DNA of 34,132 nt from assembly GCA_041161945.1 (NCBI GenBank), contig JBEATO010000068.1:1-34132 (forward strand), given 5' to 3'. The stretch comes from Actinomycetota bacterium (GTDB lineage Bacteria; Actinomycetota; Actinomycetes; Nanopelagicales; Nanopelagicaceae). Below are positions 27,158-34,132 of the stretch, piece after piece (positions within the stretch are counted from its first letter, which is position 1; every line of letters starts with the position of its first letter). Position numbers and translations under genes: made by a program. The notes beneath the pieces are model-generated. The model worked only from the letters and a program-made list of their open reading frames with translations, did no database searches and was not told the DNA's origin.

Positions 27158-28233
27158 TGCGACTCCAAGGCATGTTTTCCAAGAGCAGCGATTTTTAAGG
27201 CAGCATCTGCATCCAGGGTTGAACCTTCCAATGGCGCAGAGCTACTGGATTTAAGAAGTGCATCTATATGAGTCTCTACATATGAAAGAGTAAATTGCTT
27301 TTGATCAATTACCTCTGCCCGTCCATCTGCAACTAATCCCTGTGCATTATGGAACTGTTCTCCATTTCCAATGGGTAGTGGCACAAAAAGAGCGTAACGT
27401 CCAAGAGCTCTAAATTCAGCACACGTAACCGCTCCGCTGCGGGCAATGATCAGATCAGCAGCTAAATAGGCATCTGCCATCTGCTCCACATATGCCACTG
27501 GACGATAGAGATCAGTAGCAGCTGGCAAAGTATTAGCGCGGCCCACTGAATGCATTATCGCAATACCTTTTTTGCTAAACACAGGCACCGACTGCTCAAT
27601 TACTTTATTAATAGCAACAGAGCCTTGTGAACCACCCATGACAAATACCAATGGCTGTGATGAATCAAAGCCCAAACGATTCTTGGCTTGTGCTCGAGCA
27701 CTCTTCCAATCCGCGCCAGCCGCCTTAAGTCCATCTGCCACATCACTTCGAAGTGGCAAACCTGTAATCAAGGCACCTCTAAAAGCCCCCGCATTAACTC
27801 CATGTGCAACGGCTAAATAAGGCGTGAAAAGAGCGCCCAGTCGATTGGCCCAACCAGGCTTTGCATTTGCTTCATGAATAATCGTTGGAAGGCCAAGAAA
27901 GCGAGCTGCGATATATGCAGGTGCGCTGACATAGCCACCAAAGCCAATGAGTAAATCAGAGCCTTTCAATATTGTCCGGCAGGCCTTTACCGAAGCAACT
28001 AATTCAAAAGGAATTCTGGCCCATGTAAGTGATGGTGTTCTTGAGATTCTTACCTTGGGAATATTACTCACACTAAAACCAGCAGCAGGAATTAATGTAT
28101 TTTCTAAACCTTTCGCTGTTCCTAAAAACGTAATCTCATCGTGAGGGTTCTGGCCCTTCCATACTCTTGCAACAGCCAATGCCGGTTCAATGTGGCCGGC
28201 GGTGCCACCGCCAGCAAGAACTATCGAAGCCAT
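27154..28233 (-). CDS. murG: Lipid II synthase (UDP-GlcNAc transferase)
   Basis: AGGGTAGHIEP, GFGGYVS, HEANAKPG, GGSQG, RSGA and EQ..NA. Confidence 0.96.
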   Translation of the reverse strand: MASIVLAGGGTAGHIEPALAVARVWKGQNPHDEITFLGTAKGLENTLIPAAGFSVSNIPKVRISRTPSLTWARIPFELVASVKACRTILKGSDLLIGFGGYVSAPAYIAARFLGLPTIIHEANAKPGWANRLGALFTPYLAVAHGVNAGAFRGALITGLPLRSDVADGLKAAGADWKSARAQAKNRLGFDSSQPLVFVMGGSQGSVAINKVIEQSVPVFSKKGIAIMHSVGRANTLPAATDLYRPVAYVEQMADAYLAADLIIARSGAVTCAEFRALGRYALFVPLPIGNGEQFHNAQGLVADGRAEVIDQKQFTLSYVETHIDALLKSSSSAPLEGSTLDADAALKIAALGKHALESQ

Positions 28234-29396
28234 TTCGGAATTCCTGTTTTTTCTAACTCTTTATAAATTGCTGGATCTCTACGGGCAGCACCGATAACAA
28301 ATGCGATTCCCATATAAGTAGCAATCAAGGCTGAACCTCCATAGGAAAGTAGTGGCAAAGTTACACCCACCACTGGAAGAACGCTGACTGCAGAGCCGAT
28401 ATTGAGCACGGTTTGAATACCTATCCAGCAACCAATGCCTGAACAGACATAGCGCACCATGGGATCTTGCGTGCGAAGAGCGATTCTAAATATTGAAAAC
28501 AAAAGTGTGGAAAGCATGAGCAAAGTTGCAATGGTTCCGAAAAGACCGAGCTCTTCGCCTATAACTGAAAAGATAAAGTCGGTGTGCGCTTCAGGTAGAT
28601 TTCCCCACTTTTGGCGACTAGCACCAAGCCCAACACCAAATAAACCACCACTGGCTAGCCCCAAAAGGCTATGAGCAGGCTGCCAACCCACTGATTTGTA
28701 TTGATCTTCAGCAAATGGATTAAGAAAAACTGAAAAGCGAGCAACGCGATATGGCGCAGAGATAATCAATGCCGCAATTCCTAAAAAGCCAACAGCTGAA
28801 ATCGCTGCAAACAACTTGAGGTGCACTCCAGAAATCCAGAGCATTCCAGCCAATACGAAAGCAAACACTGATGCTGTTCCTAAATCTCTTCCTAGTAGAA
28901 CCAAGAAGATGCAGAGTAAGAATGCTGGTGCAATCAATTTAAGAACATTGGCCTGGATATCTCCGGCGTTCTCACGTTTAGCCAAAATCGAGCCAGCCCA
29001 CAAGATCATCAAGAACTTAGCGATTTCACTGGGTTGAACATCAACAAAGCCAAGTGAAATCCAGTTGTTATTACCATTCACGCTCTTACCAACTCCAGGC
29101 AGTTGAACAACTGCCAGTAATCCCACTGAAGCTAGAACACCAAAGCGAGCAAAGAATTTCCATTGAGCGAGTGAAAAGCGCGAGAGTGCCCATGCCATAG
29201 GAAGTGCCAGTACCAAGAATGTTAACTGGCGAAAGAGGATTGCCCAGGTAGCGCCCTTATTTTCAAGAGAATAAATAGATGAGGCGGAAAAAACCATAAT
29301 CAGACCAAAAATGCTCAATGCAAAGGTACTTCCAACAAGCATGTAGTAAAGATTGATTGGTCGGGTGAATAGAGTGCTTCGCTTCTGTGCGCTCAT
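28221..29396 (-). CDS. ftsW: SEDS peptidoglycan glycosyltransferase FtsW
   Basis: About 10 TM helices; QPSEIAK, DLGT, LPEAHTDFIFSVIGEELG and GVTLPLLSYGGS. Confidence 0.95.
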   Translation of the reverse strand: MSAQKRSTLFTRPINLYYMLVGSTFALSIFGLIMVFSASSIYSLENKGATWAILFRQLTFLVLALPMAWALSRFSLAQWKFFARFGVLASVGLLAVVQLPGVGKSVNGNNNWISLGFVDVQPSEIAKFLMILWAGSILAKRENAGDIQANVLKLIAPAFLLCIFLVLLGRDLGTASVFAFVLAGMLWISGVHLKLFAAISAVGFLGIAALIISAPYRVARFSVFLNPFAEDQYKSVGWQPAHSLLGLASGGLFGVGLGASRQKWGNLPEAHTDFIFSVIGEELGLFGTIATLLMLSTLLFSIFRIALRTQDPMVRYVCSGIGCWIGIQTVLNIGSAVSVLPVVGVTLPLLSYGGSALIATYMGIAFVIGAARRDPAIYKELEKTGIPKWLR

Positions 29397-30760
29397 TTAT
29401 TCACGACCTTCTTGACTGCAGCTGCAAAGCGATCGCCGCGATCGGCATATGAGATGAATTGATCCATAGATGCACATGCCGGAGCCAAAAGAACAGTATC
29501 GCCAGCTTTGGCAAAGCCTTTGGCAGCCATTACAACTTTCTCCATTAACTCCTCGGATGAATCACCATCGATAAGAACACGTGGGACTTGTGGGCAATGC
29601 TTAATGAGTGCAGCTTCAATTAATCCTCTGTCGGTTCCAATCAGGATTGCAGCCTTAATTCGCTTGGCGGTGCGCTCTACTAACTCTTCCATCGTTGCAC
29701 CTTTAGCTAATCCCCCAGCAATCCACACGACTGATTCATGTGAGAGAAGTGAGGCCGTTGCTGCGTGTGGGTTAGTTGCCTTGGAATCATCAACCCAGTT
29801 AATGGAATCAGCAGAGTGCACCGTTTCAATGCGGTGACGCCCTGGCCTGAACTCCTTGATAGCACTGCGAATATCCTCGTGAGAAACACCAACGGTTCGC
29901 GCCAGTGCTGCAGCGGCCAATGTATTTGAAACATTGTGCGGAATCGTTGGCTTTACCTCCACCAACTCGGCAAACATAGAAGCTTCTTGAGGATCTTGCA
30001 CAAAAGCGCGATCTACTAAGAGCTCTTCTACTAAGCCAATCTCACCTGGTGCTGGAGTATCTAAACTATAAAAGACTTTTCTGCCCTGCCAATGGCTGGT
30101 GCGCTTTACTATTTCACCTTCATCAGCATTTAACACCGCTGTTGTTGCACGATCCAGAATCGTTAGTTTGGCCTTTGCATACTCATCAAAACTTCCATGC
30201 CAATCAATATGATCATCGGCAATGTTAAGGATTGCACTTGCCACAAATTGCGCCTGCTTTGACCAGTGCAGTTGAAAAGAGGAAAGCTCAAGAACTAGTA
30301 CTTCAAATGCATCAGCGCGATCGACAACCTCAATAACAGTCTCACCAACGTTGCCACATGCAGTTGCCTTTAAGCCACCCCGCTTTAACATCGCTGCGAC
30401 CATCTCAACTGTCGTCGTCTTGCCATTAGTGCCAGTCAGTGCCAGCCACTTTTGCCCCGGTGCAATCTCACTCTTTATCTGCCACGCCAAATCAACTTCA
30501 TTAAGAAGCGACAAACCAGATGCCTTTGCCGCAACAACAAGTGGATGATCTTGGCGCCAGCCTGGTGAAACAACTACTGAATCAAAATCTTTGATCACTA
30601 CATCTTTTGCGCCAATAACTCTGTGTTCTGATTGAGCGGCTGGGTTTTCATCAGCCATGCTGACAACTGCCCCTCTTTTTGTAAGGGAACGGGCAACAGC
30701 ATTTCCCGTGACACCTGCGCCAAGAATAAGAATTCTCTGGCCATCAAAAGAGAGTGGCAT
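29393..30760 (-). CDS. murD: UDP-MurNAc-L-Ala--D-glutamate ligase
   Basis: VVSPG, TGTNGKTTT, ELSSFQL, DDSKATN and LLAPACASMDQF. Confidence 0.97.
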   Translation of the reverse strand: MPLSFDGQRILILGAGVTGNAVARSLTKRGAVVSMADENPAAQSEHRVIGAKDVVIKDFDSVVVSPGWRQDHPLVVAAKASGLSLLNEVDLAWQIKSEIAPGQKWLALTGTNGKTTTVEMVAAMLKRGGLKATACGNVGETVIEVVDRADAFEVLVLELSSFQLHWSKQAQFVASAILNIADDHIDWHGSFDEYAKAKLTILDRATTAVLNADEGEIVKRTSHWQGRKVFYSLDTPAPGEIGLVEELLVDRAFVQDPQEASMFAELVEVKPTIPHNVSNTLAAAALARTVGVSHEDIRSAIKEFRPGRHRIETVHSADSINWVDDSKATNPHAATASLLSHESVVWIAGGLAKGATMEELVERTAKRIKAAILIGTDRGLIEAALIKHCPQVPRVLIDGDSSEELMEKVVMAAKGFAKAGDTVLLAPACASMDQFISYADRGDRFAAAVKKVVNK

Positions 30761-30765
30761 GGATT

Positions 30766-31830
30766 TTACTTAGCTACCCACTGTGCATAAAACAGACCCA
30801 GACCACCTGCAACGCAGAGTCCAGCAATAATCCAGAAACGAATAACAACAGTTATCTCAGCCCATCCTTTTAACTCAAAGTGATGATGAAGTGGCGCCAT
30901 TCGAAAGACTCTTTTTCCACCACTGAGCTTGAAATACAGAGTTTGGATAACCACTGACATGGTGACAATTACAAATAATCCGCCCAGTGGAATCAAGAGC
31001 AGTTCAACTCGAAGCGTTGTTGCAAAGCCAGCAATAGCAGCTCCTAGGGCCAATGAACCTGTGTCGCCCATAATGATTTTGGCTGGGGCGGTATTCCACC
31101 AAAGAAAACCTGTGCAACCTCCAGCAAATGCTGCGGCAAGAACAGCTAGGTCAAGTGGGTCTCGAACTTGGTAACAGTTAGCTGTTGTTATCCCACTTAC
31201 TGAGCAACTTTGGCCAAACTCCCACACACCGATTAATACAAAAGCCAGGAAAGTCATGATGGTTGCACCTGTTGCTAATCCATCTAGACCATCGGTTAAA
31301 TTCACTCCATTACTTGCCGACATCACCATCAGGATTACAAAAGCAATAACTAAACCTGTGCCAAGGTAGATAGTGGTTTCTTTAACCGTTGAGAGGTATT
31401 GGGAAATAGGAGTGAGTTGATTCTGGTCGGCAAACTGCAGACCCGCATACCCAAAGACGCCAGCTAACGCTGCTTGTGCTAGAAGTTTGTAGCGCCCCTT
31501 AAGTCCGCGAGAGTTTTGACGCGAAACTTTGAGCCAATCATCGAGGAACCCAACAAAACCTAATCCAACGACTAAACCAATTACTAATAGTGCTGAAGCC
31601 GTCATTGGAGTGCCTGAAATAAGGTGGGCCATGAGATAACCGAAAATTGCAGCGAGAATAAAGATGATGCCACCCATAGTTGGCGTGCCATGCTTTGTTT
31701 TATGTGTTGATGGACCGTCATCTCGAATGATTTGACCATAACCACGAGCGGCAAGGATTCGAATTAATACCTTTGTTCCAAAGAGGGCAAAGGCCAGAGC
31801 AAAAGCTCCTGCGATAAGGATCTGTCTCAT
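30766..31830 (-). CDS. mraY: Phospho-MurNAc-pentapeptide transferase
   Basis: GTPTMGG, GFLDD, NGVNLTDGLDGL, MGDTGS and MAPLHHHFE. Confidence 0.97.
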   Translation of the reverse strand: MRQILIAGAFALAFALFGTKVLIRILAARGYGQIIRDDGPSTHKTKHGTPTMGGIIFILAAIFGYLMAHLISGTPMTASALLVIGLVVGLGFVGFLDDWLKVSRQNSRGLKGRYKLLAQAALAGVFGYAGLQFADQNQLTPISQYLSTVKETTIYLGTGLVIAFVILMVMSASNGVNLTDGLDGLATGATIMTFLAFVLIGVWEFGQSCSVSGITTANCYQVRDPLDLAVLAAAFAGGCTGFLWWNTAPAKIIMGDTGSLALGAAIAGFATTLRVELLLIPLGGLFVIVTMSVVIQTLYFKLSGGKRVFRMAPLHHHFELKGWAEITVVIRFWIIAGLCVAGGLGLFYAQWVAK

Positions 31831-33203
31831 GAATCCACTCCACTCTTTTCTTTCCAGGCACGTTCTAGTGATTCTGCAAGAACCTCAAAACCTTGTGACC
31901 TAGATGCTTTTACAAGAACAACATCACCAGGTGCGAAGTACTCCACTAAATCAATCGCTGACTCAATCGTTGGGCGTTGGTGAATCACCATTGCGCCAAC
32001 TGGTTCTCCGTATTCAGGAGCGTTGATTTCAACTAAATGATCAATTCCTAATTCAACCGCAAGTGCGCCTATTGCAGCGCTCTGTGGTGCCTGTGTCTGG
32101 CCAAGTTCATTCATCTTTCCAACAAATGCCCATGCCGAGCCGCCACGTTCTTGAGCAAAGAGAACTAGTGCGCGCATAGCTGCACTCATCGATTCTGGAT
32201 TAGCGTTATAGGCATCATTAATGATCAGTAAATCAGCGCTTTCGTGCAGTTCCATGCGCCACTTACTCGATATTTCAGCAGTTGAAAGTGAACTAGCGAT
32301 TAATTCCAGCGGAAGAGAGAGTGCAGTGCCAACTGCTGCAACTGCAAGCGCGTTAGATACTTGATGTGCACCTACCGCGCGCATTCCAACGGCATCTCGC
32401 CCTGCAGGTGTTACTAAATCAAAGTGTGGTCGTCCCTCTCGCATCTCTATATCTGCAGCTCTTACTTGAATGTCTGCGCTCTCACCAAAGAGAATTACTT
32501 CACCTTGATGCAATGAAGCCATCTTGGGCGTGAACTCATCATATGTTCCTAGGATCGCAACTCCATCTTTGCCTAGAGACTCAATGAGTTCGCCCTTAGT
32601 TTTGGCGATAATCTCACGAGAGCCAAACTCACCAATATGGGCAGTCCCAACTGTTAGAACAACTCCTATGTTTGGCTTTGCAATCTCACACAACCGAGCA
32701 ATGTCGCCCATGTGCCGTGCACCCATTTCAAGAATACAAAAGCGGGTGCGATCATCACACTCAAGCAAAGTAATAGGCAGACCTAAATCATTATTAAATG
32801 AACCTGCCGGTGCAACAGTTGGACCAACAGCGCCCAACATATGAGTTAAGAGATCTTTAGTACTTGTCTTTCCTTGTGATCCTGTAATACCAATAACAAT
32901 AAGTTTGTCTAAGCGCTTTCGAACAAATGCAGCCAGGATAGATAAGGCCTCAAGTACATCTTTGACAACGATGCATGGGCCATCTATGCGCTGGGATGTA
33001 AGAGAAAACATTGAACCATTTCGATACGCATCAGCTGCAAACTCATGGCCATCAGCGTTTTCACCTTTGAGGGCTAGAAAGAAACAACCCGGTGTTGCTA
33101 GGCGAGAATCAAAGACCGGCGCTTTTGAAACAAGTAAATCCTTATCGCAAAAGACTTCCCCGCCAACTAAAAGCGCTATTTCTCCAGCGGTTAAAGTGAT
33201 CAT
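31827..33203 (-). CDS. murF: UDP-MurNAc-tripeptide--D-Ala-D-Ala ligase
   Basis: DSR, DGHEF, ITGSQGKTSTK, NNDLGLP, LEMG, NDAYNANPES and LVKASR. Confidence 0.96.
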   Translation of the reverse strand: MITLTAGEIALLVGGEVFCDKDLLVSKAPVFDSRLATPGCFFLALKGENADGHEFAADAYRNGSMFSLTSQRIDGPCIVVKDVLEALSILAAFVRKRLDKLIVIGITGSQGKTSTKDLLTHMLGAVGPTVAPAGSFNNDLGLPITLLECDDRTRFCILEMGARHMGDIARLCEIAKPNIGVVLTVGTAHIGEFGSREIIAKTKGELIESLGKDGVAILGTYDEFTPKMASLHQGEVILFGESADIQVRAADIEMREGRPHFDLVTPAGRDAVGMRAVGAHQVSNALAVAAVGTALSLPLELIASSLSTAEISSKWRMELHESADLLIINDAYNANPESMSAAMRALVLFAQERGGSAWAFVGKMNELGQTQAPQSAAIGALAVELGIDHLVEINAPEYGEPVGAMVIHQRPTIESAIDLVEYFAPGDVVLVKASRSQGFEVLAESLERAWKEKSGVDS

Positions 33204-34132
33204 TTCTTATCTTCAATCGCTTTAGCTAACTCAATGCGATCATCGAATTCATGAATCTGTCCATTAATTTCCTGACCCTTTTCATGACCCTTACCTAAAA
33301 CCATCACAACATCGCCAGCCTTTGCCAGATTGACCGCTGTGCGAATGGCCTGTGCTCTATCAACAATTACTTCACTAGGTGGGAGCACATCAATATCTAA
33401 AACCATCTGAACCAGAATCTCTTCAGGCTTCTCAGAACGGGGATTATCACTGGTGTAGATAGCTATATCTGCGCCTTTATGAAGTGCTTGACCCATCAAA
33501 GAGCGCTTAGTTTTATCCCTATCTCCCCCACAACCAAGTACGGCGATTACTTTTCCATCAGTTATCTCTGCCGCTGCTTCCAATACTCGTTTCACTGCAT
33601 CTGGTGAGTGCGCATAATCAACAAGGGCTGAGAAGTTTTGTCCAAGTCGCACAGCCTCTAAGCGCCCAGCAGCTCCAGTGAGTGTTGGCAAGATTGCAGC
33701 GATATCAATGGGATCAATTCCACTTTCAACTGCAATGGCAACTGCCATTAAGAGATTGTCATAGTTAAAGCCGCCATGCAAAGCGGTTTTTCCTTCAATA
33801 AGGATTCCGCCACTTCCGCGAATAGAGACCGAAGCACCAACATAATCTGATGCGATCGATGCATAGTGCCAAGTTGCAGTTGTATCTAATCTAGACAAAG
33901 TGACAACTGGGAGCTCTGTTTGTGCAGCCAGACGCTTTCCATAAGGATCATCAAGATTAATCACTGCCAAATCGGCATACTCAAAAGTAAATAGCTTTGC
34001 CTTTGCCGCAAAGTAATCTTCCATATCTTTATGGAAATCTAAGTGGTCTTGGGAAAGATTTGTGAAGCCAACGACAGCAAAGTGGCTGCCACGAATTCGC
34101 TCTAAAGTAATTGCGTGGCTAGAAACTTCCAT
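33200..34132 (-). CDS. murE: UDP-MurNAc-dipeptide--diaminopimelate ligase, 5' part outside the window
   Basis: MEVSSHA, FTNLSQDHLDFH, VDYAHSPD, GCGGDRD, DNPR and GKGHE. The ORF-track Met is internal. Confidence 0.96.
   Translation of the reverse strand: MEVSSHAITLERIRGSHFAVVGFTNLSQDHLDFHKDMEDYFAAKAKLFTFEYADLAVINLDDPYGKRLAAQTELPVVTLSRLDTTATWHYASIASDYVGASVSIRGSGGILIEGKTALHGGFNYDNLLMAVAIAVESGIDPIDIAAILPTLTGAAGRLEAVRLGQNFSALVDYAHSPDAVKRVLEAAAEITDGKVIAVLGCGGDRDKTKRSLMGQALHKGADIAIYTSDNPRSEKPEEILVQMVLDIDVLPPSEVIVDRAQAIRTAVNLAKAGDVVMVLGKGHEKGQEINGQIHEFDDRIELAKAIEDKK

Noticed and set aside
1-34132. Mobile elements, prophage, defence systems, tRNA/rRNA genes
   Set aside because: All sequence is accounted for by housekeeping genes and short spacers; I see no integrase, transposase or tRNA-like segment and no obvious compositional shift.

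Overview
A 34 kb core-genome window from a streamlined actinobacterium of moderate GC (mid-40s % by eye). Gene content, very short spacers and protein style fit the freshwater acI lineage (Nanopelagicales, Ca. Planktophila-like); this placement is inference. Almost everything is on the minus strand. In transcription order there is the dcw cluster (murE partial, murF, mraY, murD, ftsW, murG, murC, ftsQ, ftsZ, pgeF, yggS, sepF, yggT/sepG), then a convergent plus-strand ileS under a translational T-box riboswitch. A second minus-strand run follows: a histone-like/DksA fusion, lspA, an RluA-family gene, dnaE, hisDCBH-priA-hisF-hisI, trpE, a 56-aa ORF, trpCBA, a MauE/DoxX gene, a DsbA-like gene, lgt and a partial VIT1/CCC1 gene. 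I see no mobile elements, tRNA/rRNA genes or CRISPR arrays. The region is mostly housekeeping. The most interesting points are: (1) the ileS T-box appears to lack the Stem IIA/B pseudoknot and may instead have a helix pairing its 5' end with the post-Stem II linker; (2) divIVA is missing from its usual slot; (3) a miniaturised 56-aa trp-operon membrane protein is absent from the ORF track; (4) a MauE/DoxX + DsbA + lgt block may be a thiol-redox module; (5) the PAKK-repeat/DksA fusion; (6) IleRS carries a GAHH signature; (7) several leaderless-type promoters.
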